This document shows, in pieces, positions 1-12,800 of a DNA stretch of 64,000 nt. The notes beneath the pieces were generated by a model. The model had not been told where the DNA came from. It searched no databases and was given only the letters and a program-made list of their open reading frames with translations. How positions within the stretch are numbered: position 1 is the stretch's first letter; every line of letters begins with the position of its first letter. The DNA is from Botryllus schlosseri (taxonomy: Eukaryota), in assembly GCA_051294905.1 (NCBI GenBank), contig CM119372.1, forward strand, positions 2,418,001 through 2,482,000, in the 5' to 3' direction. Position numbers and translations under genes: made by a program.

Positions 1-61
1 AGGAGAGATCCAGACATGATAGCGAATCGCATATGATATAGACGTATGTGTTGTGCATATC

Positions 62-646
62 CAGAGTTGTAACCAAGCCATAAAGCTCCGAGTCACACGT
101 CAATCTCACTTTTATAGTTTTGACTCGAGTCAAGTCGAGTCATTTTCAATTCACTACCGAGTCAAGACTGAGTCCAAGTCATTGAGCAGAGGTTCGAGTC
201 CGAGTCATGATATTATGACTCGAGTCCGAGTCCAAGTCATTGTGTTGACTGCTCAGTTTCCACTTGAAAAGTCATGTTAAACCCACTTTTATAACTGTGT
301 TTGGTGATATCAAATGGTTCGCACTTATAAAATACTAATTTTCTTCATTTTTAATAGTTTCTAATCGCATTTTCCGGTACCAGTACCAATAGACGAAATC
401 CCAATAGGGTGGTTACTCTACTTTTCTTCGAAATTACAATGAAATGTCGGGCTTGGCCGTCTGAGTCTTGAGTCATATGACTTGGTTCGAGTCACGCGCA
501 ATGACTCGAGTCCAAGTCGAGTCAATACACAGATTGACTCGAGTCGAGTCGAGTCATTTCCGTATTTTGAGAAAATGACTCGAGTCAAGTCGAGACGTCA
601 AAAAATTGGACTCGAGTCTGACTTGAGTCGAGTCATTACAACCCTG
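62..646. mobile_element. Non-autonomous hAT-like MITE, GACTCGAGTC-rich family (copy 1 of 4)
   Basis: Termini CAGAGTTGTAA ... TTACAACCCTG. Perfect 8-bp TSD TGCATATC at 54-61 and 647-654. Both ends carry arrays of GACTC/GAGTC motifs. Confidence 0.9.
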
Positions 647-800
647 TGCATATCATGTGTATATGGTCAAGGATGAAGAATAAGATGTAACAGCAGCTAA
701 ATATTCCGAGATAGCAGGATTCCAATTTAACATGTTTATCTTTAGAATCGGACGCACTAAATTTGCATTTTGTAAAGGTATGGCAGCTTCAGTTGACTAC

Positions 801-3800
801 CTGGTTGCGTTGCAGCGGCTTCGGAAGTGGTTGTCTTTGAAGTCTGTAGTGTCCCTATTTAATCAAGATAACGCATATCAAACACTATTTTAGCAGATAC
901 AGCAAGGATATTCAAATTATTACCTGTTGTGACCATCTCATTGGTTGGTGTGATCATAGCTGACGCGGTGGACTGTATAATATCATCATTGCATAAATTT
1001 CCATCACAACAGCTTGATCGGCAATCGGTAAACGTTGCACCAGTTCCAACTATCGGCGCAACATCATCAAGCTGACGACATGGATCCATAGAGCATTGGA
1101 ATGCAGGAACACAATTGCCTTGCGTAACCTCAACTGTAAATACAAGAGAAATAAAATATGCATCATGATATGCAAACATGATAGTAGAATGTTAGCATTT
1201 ACCAGCAGTGGATCCTTCCGATTTGACAAATGTCAACTGACATTTTGAATTCGCTGGGCATTGAACGACAGATCTTGTGTTAGCAGTAAACATGTCATAT
1301 TCGGGCAAAAATGTCTTCATAATTGCGAAACATTGCAGGGGTTCTTCGACCAAGCCTTAAACAGATAATAGTCGTTTAGGAACTGAAATCAAATATGGTT
1401 ATTTGTACGGCTACAAAATTGTAATGTGCATCCTAAGCGTCGTCTACGGCACTGTTGTATATATAGTTGTTTTCGAATCAATTTTTTGATTCTCAAATGA
1501 ATGAAAATAGCTGTAATGTAAATGTAACAACTTGCGTGATTGCCGATCAGGTAATCGAAATCAAAAAAAGAGGATGTTCATACTCTTTTCTAACTGCAAA
1601 CATATCGCTTCACGTATCAAATGCTCTAACTAAGCCTCCAGGAAGAGAGTAAAGTCAATTCGGATCTAATGAATGAAGGTTAATCACAATTAGGGAAATA
1701 GCACATGAAATAGTTTAAAGTCAATGAATAAACAAGCTTTGTTATGCAAATATGCTACCCCACATGATAAGAGATTACTTGTCAATGTGATCATGGTAAA
1801 CTGGCGCACAATCCTATCTCCTGATCTGCATACAAATATAATGCTCGACTAACTCCGAATACGTCTTAGAATACTTACTTTTATTGACAGGAGTAAATGA
1901 TGTTGAGATTTGGAGGTCTCTGTTGTCATTACAAAGATTCGTCTCACAGTATTTGTAACCGCAAGATTCTACTGTCATATCAGCATTCGGGACAACGGTA
2001 AATGCAGAACTTATTGAATCGAATATTTCATTGCATCCGTAAGATCCCTTTGCAGCCTTCGGCAAACACGCACCATAGAGCGTGGTCACTGAAAAGGGAA
2101 AAAGGTCACTTTAACGCATCATTACAAATCTGCTTTGAGTAATTGAGAAGAAGCCAATTGGAGAATGAAGTGTTCAACTTCATTGTATGAATATTGCAAT
2201 ATCTTAATGGATGATTCCTGACAAATTATATTAATAGGAACTTTCTAAGACTATTATGTATGGCATTCCTGAGAATTGCAGAACATGTAATACAATCACT
2301 AGCTTGTCATTCTGGTTCATTTGAAATATAATGGAAAAACCTGGCAATATTTGATACACAAAGGTATCTATAGTGATCATAAGGCGGTAATCCGAGAGCA
2401 ATGATGCATACATACATATATACATGTAAGCATACAATACATACATATACAATATACATACTTGAATTTTTTCCGTCATTTCCCGTGATCTCTACAGTAC
2501 TGGTAATATTTGCAAAAAAGCAAACTGATTCATCGGGACAGGATTGCGTTCGATTGATATTCAGAACAATGCCAGGAACATCAGCAATTACGATCTGATA
2601 ACATTTCAGCGACTCTGAAATAGAATTACATGCATTTAAAGTCAGATTTCTTTTTCATTTCAGTAAACATTCAAGTAAAGTCTGTTTTTGAAATATATTT
2701 TACAAATTTAATCTACAATACATAATACTAGCCTATTACATCGAAAATTCAAGTTGGTGATTCCATGTCTTAGGGAGATTCATATCTTCAGTAACAAAAA
2801 TATTTCAATTGTATTCAGTATTGTAGACGTAAAAAGTAAATTGGGATAGTCTCCCCCCATTGGATGCTAACTGACTTTTATATGTGGTTTTCAGTACACG
2901 CATGTAACACTACTGTATTTGTTACAAATCTTGACTGTCTTGCAAAATTCAACCTGATATATACCCCAATGACAGACTCTTCTGCACTGCACAGACCAAG
3001 GCTATTGCATATTAACATTTTTTCTTAATCCAACATGAAAATATTTCCTCGCAAAATTTTCGGGCATTCAGTTGAATAAGGTAGCCAGTCTGATTAATAT
3101 TTGACAGATTGATGAAACGTTATTATGATTTCAATGACGTATCCCTTATAACATGGGTGGCTAACCTGCGGTCGTAGAAGGAAATTTTTTTGGCGGTCGA
3201 CACGTAATTCAACTAGTATGGCGGCAGTCAACACGCAAATTGAATTTACGAATTGACTACGGAATTTTTAAGAGACTTTACTTAATCTCAAAGTTTTCTT
3301 TGCGCTGGGCGCGATTCAATGCGACTTCATTTCTCGAGTTTAAAAAAGTAGCGATCATTGCTGATCAATTTATTAAATGACTGTAGCTCCTTTGCAACAT
3401 CAACAGAAAACAGCACGTTAGATTTTATGGTGTCATTGTAACGGATGTGGCTGATTTTTGCTCCCAGCTTGACTCTGTCTGGTTGCGTTTTTGACAGCGC
3501 AACCATAACATCATGAAATATATTTTTATATTCCAAAAATCCAAAATTTCAGAAAGTTCTGTATCGTGTGAATTTTTTGGAAGGTGTCCCGCGATCCTAA
3601 AAGACTGTCTGGCGGACCCCAAAAAGTACCCGACCCCAGTTTGAGAACCGCTTGATTTATAGTGTGCCCTAAATTTTTCAAAACACTCCCTCCATCAAAT
3701 CTACCGGAGAATCTGATCACGTGGGCTGTAAAAGGATAGATGTTTGATAGTAATATGTGAAACTACTAATATTAATGACGAAATTCAAACGTGAATCTGA

Positions 3801-6800
3801 AGAAAATCTTCACACTTATTGCAAACATACGGATTCCCAGTTGCTGTTCATAACATGACCACTCGCGATTTCGGTGCGTATAGTAAGCCGATATGAATAA
3901 ATAGATTAGTCTGGAATTCACCGGAAATGGACAGATTAACATGGTTATTTGGCGTCCAGTTAGTTCATTACGACTATGCCATGGAATGCGGCCATAGCCT
4001 ATACGAGTAATCGAAATGGGGCCTTGAATAGCACAAAGGTTGGCAACCCCTGCCTTACAAGAATTCTTGGCATTACGAAAATGATGAAAAACAGTCAAAT
4101 AGAAGTATAAATAAATATCTTGGTTGGGTCGTGGATATAGAAGGTTTCCTGCATTAAATGAATTGAAGTCCTACCTTTTGCTGGGGTGCGACTCAGAGCT
4201 TGTGTGAAAGCTAAAATATAAGTTCATTGTCAAATCCAAAATTCAATAAGACTATGAGTGGTGAGTATAGAAAGACTCAATTTGTTTCGAAAGATCATAT
4301 GATCCAGCAAGAGCAAAATGCTGATTAAATGATATTATGTATAAATGTCCATTATTGAAAAAAATAATATTTACCTGTTGTAATTTCAGTAACCATTGTC
4401 GAAGACTGAGTAGGTTGTGTGCGTTCTGTACATAAATATAATGCTGAACTTGATGACATGAATTGTGACTTATTTTAAACGAACTCTACACATTACCAGC
4501 AAGCTAATTCAAAATGGAATACGACATGATTGCCAATAAATATACAGGAATAGCCGGTTTCTGATTCGAGATGTTTATCTTGAGAATCTAATACAATGAC
4601 TTTGCATTTTGTAAATGTATGGCAGCTTTAGTAGACTACCTGGTTGCGTTGCAGCGGCTTCGGAAGTTGTTGTCTTTGAAGTCTGCTGTGTCTCTATTTA
4701 ATCAAGATAACGCATATTAAACACCATTTTTCAGCAGGTACAGCGAGGATATACAAATTATTACCTGTTGTCACTCTCTCATTGGTTAGTGTGATCATAG
4801 CCGATGTAGTGGACTGTATAATATCATCATTGCATAAATTCCCATCACAACAGCTTGATTGGCAATCGGTAAAAGTTGCATCTGTACCGACCATTGGTGC
4901 AACATCATCAAGCTGACTGCAGAGATCCATAGAGCATTGGAATTCGGGAACACAATTGCCTTGCGTAACCTCAACTGTAAATACAAAAGTAAAAAAAAAT
5001 ATGCATTATGAGCTACCAACATGACAGCATAATGTAAGCATTTACCTTTGACAGTTGTCCCAGCAGTGGACACTTGCGATTTAACAAACGTCAATTGACA
5101 TTTGGAATTTGCTGGGCACTGAATGACAGTTCTTGTGTCAGATGTAATCGTGCCATATTCAGGCAAAATTGTCTTTGTAATTGCGAAACATCGCAGTGGT
5201 TCTCCGACTGAGCCTTTAACAAATAATGCTAATTTAGGCACAGAAATCAAACATGGTTATTTGTACGGCTGCAAAAATTATGATGTGAATCCTAAGAATC
5301 GTCTTCAGCCGCGGCAAAGATATATTTCTCTTTTCAATTGAAGTTTTTGTTTCTCAAATGAATGAAATTGACTGTAATTTAAACGTAACAACTTGAACGG
5401 TTGCTGATCAGTTAATCGAAATCCAAAAAAGAGGATGTACAGTACACTCTGTTCTGACTGCAAACATATTGCTTCCAGTATTAAACACCTTAACCAAGAC
5501 TCCAAGAAGCAAGTAAAGTCAATTGCGATCCAATGAATGAAGGTTAATCACAATTAGGGGAATAGTACGGTAGATGAAATAGTTCAAAGTTCCAAGAATA
5601 TATAAGCTTTGCCGTGCAAATATGCCACCCTACATGATTGGAGATTACTTGTCAATGTGATGAGGTTAAACTGGAGCACAATCCTATCTCCTGATCTGCA
5701 TACCTATAGCATGCTCAACTAACTCCTAATATGCATAAAAAACACTTACTTTTATTGACAGGAGTATATGATGTTGAGATTTGGAGGTCCCTGTTGTCAT
5801 TGCAAAGATCTGTCTCACAGTATTTGTAACCGCAAGATTCTACTCTAATATCGGCATTCGGGACAACTGTAGTTGCAGAACTTATTGAATCAAATATTTC
5901 ATTGCATCCGTAGGCTCCCTTTGCAGCCTTTGGTAAACATGCACCATAGAGCGTGGTCACTGAAAAGGGAAAAAATCACTCCACCGCATCCTTACAAATT
6001 TGCTTTTGGTGATTGAGGACCAGCCAATTGCACAAAGAAGTATTCAACTTCATCATAATAATATTGCAATATCTTGATGATGACTTCCGAAAATTATATT
6101 AATGAGAACTTTTGAAGACTATGATGTATGGCATTCCTGAGAATTGGAGACCAAGTCACACAATCACTGGCTTGTCATTGTGCTTCATTTGAAATATAAT
6201 GGCGAGACCTGGCAATATTTGATACACAAAGGTATCTACAGTGTTCATAAGACGACGCAAAACCATGAGCAATGATGCATACATACCTATATACATATAA
6301 GCATACCATGCATACATATACAATATACATACATACATGTCAGTTAAACAAAATTATATTTACTTGTATTTTTCCCGTCATATCCCTCGATCTCTACAGA
6401 ACTGGTGATATTTGCAAAAAAGCAAACTGATTCATCGGGGCAGGATTGTGTCCGATTCATATTCAGAACAGTTCCATTGCCAGGAATACCGGCAATCATG
6501 ATTTGAAAACATTTCAGTGATTCTGAAATAGATTTTCATGCATTTAAAGTCAGATGTCCGTTTCATTTCAAATAAAGTCTGTTTTCGAAATATATTCCTG
6601 AAATTTAATCTATTGCCATAATATACTGGCTGTTACATCATAGATCTAAGCTAGTGATCCCAGGTCTTAGAGAGATTGATATGGTCAGTTCCAAAAATAA
6701 TTCAACTCCAATATATTTATTTAATATAGTATGGTTTAAAAAGTAAATTGGGATAGTCTCACACCCTAGGCTGCCGACTGACTTATATATGTAGTTTTCA

Positions 6801-9800
6801 GTACGTGCATGAAGCTCAACTGTATTTGTTACAAATATTGACTGTCATGCGAAATATAACCTGATATGTACTCCCAATGACAGACTCTTTCGTACTGCAT
6901 CTTGGGAACCACAGATCAAGGCTATTGCATAATAACATTTCCGCTCAATCCAACATAAAATTAATTCCTTGTAAGATTTTCAAGCATTCTGTTGACTAAG
7001 ATAGACGGTCTTATTAGGATTTGACAGATTGATAAACGATTATTATAATATCGATGAAGTATAAAGAAAGTATTCTTGGCATCAAGAAAATTAGCATAAT
7101 AGTCAAGTTGAATTAAAAATAAATATCTTGGTTTGGATCTTGGATATGGAAGGTTTCCTAAATTAAATGAATTGAAGTCCTACCTTTTGCTGAGGTGCGA
7201 TTCAGAGCTCGTGAGAAAGCTAAAACATAAGTTCAAGATGACTAAATTTGTTTTGCCGGATCATATGATCTGCCAGGAAGAAAATCCTGACTAAAATATT
7301 TACCTGTGGTAATTTCAGTAACCATTGTCGAAGATTGAGTAGGTTCTGTGCGCTCTGTATATGAATATAATGCTGAACTTTATGACATGAACTGCGACTT
7401 ACTTCAAGTGAACTCAAGACATTGCCAGCGAGCTAATTCAAAATGAAATATGAGAATATTGCCAATACCAAATCGGCTGCTGGCTTGCACAACACAGAAC
7501 ACGATTAACTTACTTCACACGCACTAATTTTAAAGGAAAGGGAAGCATCAATCACTGTACCTGATGATGTGGTCTGTATTTCTGTCGTAGATGCCGTTGT
7601 ACTGCGTGCGGTCACTATTCAAGGAAAGTAAATAGTTTATCAAATATAGATAAATAATGGTGGAACATCCGGCTTCTTGATCGGCACGCACTGGGTTTAA
7701 TCTCCGCCGGGTTCAAATCAAAGACAGGACTAGTAACACTGGTATCAATGGCTTCTCCACTTGGCGCTCAGCATTACCGGCATTGGGGGGTGGTGCAAGA
7801 CTTAGAAAGTCTTACAAGGCTATTTCTGCATCTTCCTTGTCCAGAGGCATATGCACTTCATGCACTCATGGTATGCATATGCACAGATCGTGTGTTTGTA
7901 TATCATGAGTCGGTGTATATGCCGCAAAAACATCAAGGACAAAAAATATGATGTACTATTCTTAGCAATCATTTACAGTAGACGCGAATATTTGCAAATG
8001 TCCAAACTGCAACGTTGCGATAGAGTAGGGGTTCTCAAACGGTGGGCCATGGTCCACTGGTGGGCCACAGGAGTAATTTGATGTGGTCACAGAGCTATTT
8101 GGAAAATTGTGGAATTAGTGAAAATTTAGTTATATTCTTTATGTTCATATATTCAAAAACGTATTCATGTTATCGAATTATGCGAATGCTACATAAAGGT
8201 TATCATCCGACTCTGATGAGACTTGGTGGCAAGTATGGAGTCACAATGTACAAGTCGAAATGGGAGGGGAAACTGCGGCCGGTAATTGTATAATGATTAG
8301 CGATCGTTATGTCATGATTGCTCAAAAGTGACATCGCAAAACAGAATGACATCGTATACTAAAACTCAACTATTCATGTACTGCGAATGCAGGATGCGTA
8401 CTATACATGGGTACAGGCTTTTCCCCAGAATTTCCATGCCATTTCAAGGGTGCGTATTATACATGGGAGCGTACTATACTTGTAAAATTACGGTAGATCC
8501 TGGTTATCATTGCTTGACAATGATAGTTTTCAATGAGCGAACCTCATTACTTCACAAGGATAGGAATAGAATGTTGTATATTTTTCTCTTTGATGTTTTT
8601 GCAGCATATACACCGAGTCATGATATACACACACACACGACTGTGCATATGCATATGCCATGAGTGCATGATGCGTATATGCTGTTGGAAGGAAGGTGAA
8701 GAAATAGTCTTGTTAGGCTTTCTAAATCCTTCAACACAGTTCCATGCTATCCCAGTTGTGCTGAACACCAAGCAGGGAGGCCATGAATACCAGTGTTATT
8801 AATCAGGCCTTCGGTCTGACCCGGCTGGGGATTGAACCCACGACCTACCGATCAAGAAGACGGACGTTCCGCCATTGCGCTATCTTGTTGGTTGGTCACA
8901 AATACGAGTCTTACCTTGTGTAGTGGTATCTGTACTGGGTGTCGAAGACGTTGCGGTAGTCCCACTTCTCCTGGCCCGTGCTGCAAACATATCATTTCTA
9001 AACCTTTCTGCCCATTAACACCATTTGTGTGCGATTACCATATCTGTATCGAGCTGAAAATCCACTCATTTCGCCACCGGCTTGCGCAATGAATCTTATC
9101 GTGAAGCCTCTTCGAGCAGATGAAATAAATTCCTTCCTGATGTCTGGCACGTCTCCGAATATAACAGAGGAATACTCATACACCAACACCGAGCCGTCGT
9201 AGATCTGAGAATTGATAAATGGGAATGATATGCGAGATTTTTCGGTTATATTACTTTACATTAGTGGTTCTTAGCCTGAGTTTCGTAAAGGCAAAGACAC
9301 ACACTTGACTCATACAGCAGGAATCAAACTGATTTACTGTAAATATTCGTTATCATAGTTTTGTGTGAAAATCATGTCCCAAGGGTTGTGTTCTTGTACC
9401 AATGCTGTGCACAACCTCCTTTTGTGCCATATTTAGGAGAGAGGAGGCCAAGATGAGACACTTTTCTGATAATCCAATGCCACTCGAAGAGTAATGCCTT
9501 CTGAGGATTAATTTTGGTACCAATGGAAAGCCTGTGATCTGTACTTTCTATGACGATGGCTTGAGTTATATTGAACAACATACTGATGGATTTCTTGGCC
9601 CTCAAAAATCCTTGCAAAAATGTCTCAACTTACCCCCAGGTGAGGGTAAGATGAGACACACTGTGTTCAAGATGAGACACCAAGCAATTCATGCTCATTA
9701 CACCACCAATTCATCCCAAATGATGAACCAACTAGCAACATCGTGAATAAAATATAATAATCATGAAATAATTCACTTTTAAAAAGAACTTGTACATCAT

Positions 9801-12800
9801 ATACAAATTTAAATGACATGGAAAACCAATTATCCATGGAATCCTGCAACAATGAGAGTTTCGTTATTATTTTGTCTTGTAATGTCACATCTGGTAAACT
9901 ACTAGATAAATAATACATTTTGTGTGCCTTCAACAGTAAATTTTGAATCTTGCGAGGCCCTCAATAAAAAAGCCCTCTGATACCCATGTCTCAACTTACC
10001 CCCATGGTTTTGTCTCATCTTACCCTCACACCTCAATTATTGTATAAACTTGAATAAAAAATTTCTGTCTATTACTTTTCAGAGGTAAGTGCATGATTAC
10101 ACTGCTAATATTGAACTCAACCAGCTCCAGTAATGTTGTTTTATAATATGAAGTACTATGATAGGTATGCCCTTACAAACATGAATTCACATGACTGACA
10201 TAGACAATGAAAATACAGTTTCGGGCATTTTTCTGCCCAACCTCCAATCTGTTTGCCTTGTTAATATGGTAGGACTATAGAATGACAGTATGGGAACAAC
10301 ATAGTTCAAGGAATCTGTCCATCAGAAAATTTTCCTATGAAAAAATTGCATGTCTCATCTTGCCCCGTGTCTCATCTTGGACTCCTCTCCCCTACCATCT
10401 AAAAATAGTACATTGAACGCTCTCTTATACGAAATTTCATGCTGGTGACGCCATATTTTGTGATACGATTGTTGATATACAACGTTCTTTCCCATTCTCT
10501 GCTAGTTGCTGACGATTATCCCTGACTAGTGTCAGCCGCAAATATTCGGGTTCATTTCAATATGAATATACTATTCAATTGCATATTGAAGTTCTGTACC
10601 TCCAAGAAGCTATTCTATAGTAATGTATTAGATGTACAATGGGACAAGTTTTATATTTTGTCACTTTGCTAAATTTTGGGTTCATCCAAAGTTTGCAGAT
10701 TTGCATAAGGGTTTGCCAGGTTGGCAAAGGTTAAGAAAACTAGTTCTACATTCATGGCCCGCTATTGGAGTTGAGTTGAGTTCAATTTATTTATAATTTC
10801 ATCACTTCAAAGCACCACAAGAACACAATAAAATTAAAAGATAGAAAGGAATCGAAACAACTTGGAGTAGTCTCTCAATCAGACTCTGACAGAAAATATA
10901 TCTCTTGATAGGCAATTAGAGCAAGCACACAGTAACTTGATGTCAGCGTAAGAAAATTTGTTTTTCAAAACTCGCAACTAAAACTAGAAGTACTCATTTT
11001 TGAAAAGTCTCAACTAAAACTAGAACTAGAACTACTCACTTTTCAAAACTAGCAACTAAAATTAAAACTACTTAATTTTCAAAAGTTCCAAGTACAACTA
11101 GAAATAAAACAGCCGGTATTACTTTTGAAAACTAGCCACTACGAGTAGAACCACTCAAAAAATCGGTAGTTTTTTGCCATCAATTAACTAGATTGGTAGT
11201 TTGAATCTGTATATATGGTACAGTCTTACAAATTCACTGTTGTGGTTCATCTTCATGACTATTCGTTGAATATCTGTTCCTTACCTGCACTTTGTCGTCA
11301 CTAGCGACTTGAATCTCTCCAACGATCAACTCTATTCTGCGAGCGCCTCTGGCCCGAATTGTCCAAGTGCAATCCATTTTCTCCGGATACCTTCTCGGAT
11401 ATCCCGGCGATTTAAGCTGTCTCCATTTGTTGCTAGCAAAGTCCGTGAATCCGCAACTGCCTAAAACGTATCTCAAATGATATCATGGATCAATTCCTTT
11501 TCTATGCATGCAATTGATCAAGTTTGAAACTTCACACAATGAATGCGACAGAGTTAACTTGTTTCTAATACACAAAAAATATGGTATGATATAGCTAATA
11601 GAAGTACAAAGTCGAATTTAATTGAAGGAATCTATATATATACATTGCATTGATTTGGCATTGTTTACAGAATTATTTAGCAAAGTAATCATGAAATGTA
11701 TAAGTGAAATCTATAAATAGAAAGGTGCAATCAATATTAGGTTGCCCTATGAGCATAGTTGGACAACTAGAAAATGCCACATGAGAACTGCTTGACGGGA
11801 GATGACCCAAAATTAGTGCACAGACATTTGCCATCCTCTTACTCATACGAGGAGGAGCTCTGATTTGATATGACATGACCTTGATAGTCGTATTTCTTTC
11901 TGATTAGAAATTTAGTTCAATTTCCAAGTTCTTCTGGATTAAGTAATTATAATTATAATGTAATTTTCGAAACAATTGTGTAGCTAAAATTCTAATTCTA
12001 ATATAATTTGGAAAAGCTGAAAATTTTCTAGACTTCCAACTTAGTCTATGAGATATTGACATTACGAAAATAAATAATGTATAACGGTAAAAAAAACATT
12101 GTCCAACCTTTAGGCAGATATGCTTCGTATTGTATAGAAACCAAAGAATCTTTTGTCCCGGATTCGTAAATTATTCCTCCGATATTGCGAGGATAATGGA
12201 ACACTCGTCCCACGGTTATGTTACTCTCATCCAGAAGAACTGGCAATGTATCCCATTGAAATCTGAATCCACGGATGTCGACAAGCTGCAAAATAAATCC
12301 AAGTTATCGCAGTGGCAGTGTCTATAATATTTAGCAGGGTTGTAACCAAGTCACACGGTTTCGGGTCAATCGTACTTTTATAGTTTGGACTCAAGTCAAG
12401 TAGAATCATTTACGCGAGTCAAGTTCGAGTCGTAGTGTTGAGACTCGAGTCCAAATCCAAGCCATACTTATAACTTGGGCGATTTTTTTTTACCTTAAAA
12501 AATGAAAATTTTGACCTAAAAAATCAAAATTTTGACTTTTTTTCACCTAAACAAACTGAATTTTGACCAAACGTATGCAAATTCGGTATTTTCCCTTATA
12601 ATGTTAAAATTTTATCAGTTATCTTCATTTCTGGTTGGAACTGACTGTTCTAACGAAGTAGTGTGGCCTGAGAAAAACGTTTTGGGCTTTGAAACAGGCA
12701 AATTTTTACACAAAAAACTAATATTTCAACGAAATCTGGCCCTATGAAGAATTTCAGTAGATACAATACGTATTATGGTAGAAATAATTAAAATTTGTTG

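Noticed and set aside
53-676. ORFs 53-280 and 482-676 rich in SRV/ESS peptides (likewise 19962-20235 and 58185-58379)
   Set aside because: They are translations of the GACTCGAGTC arrays of a MITE with TIRs and TSD, with no splice or domain support.
859-7417. Interpreting the two LU clusters as two separate tandem Ly6 genes
   Set aside because: Neither unit has a start or signal peptide, and phase-1 linker exons join them to each other and to the CUB exons without a stop.
8790-8884. Possible tRNA gene on the minus strand
   Set aside because: It has A- and B-box-like motifs but no convincing acceptor stem, and it continues into a body repeated elsewhere, so it is a SINE head.
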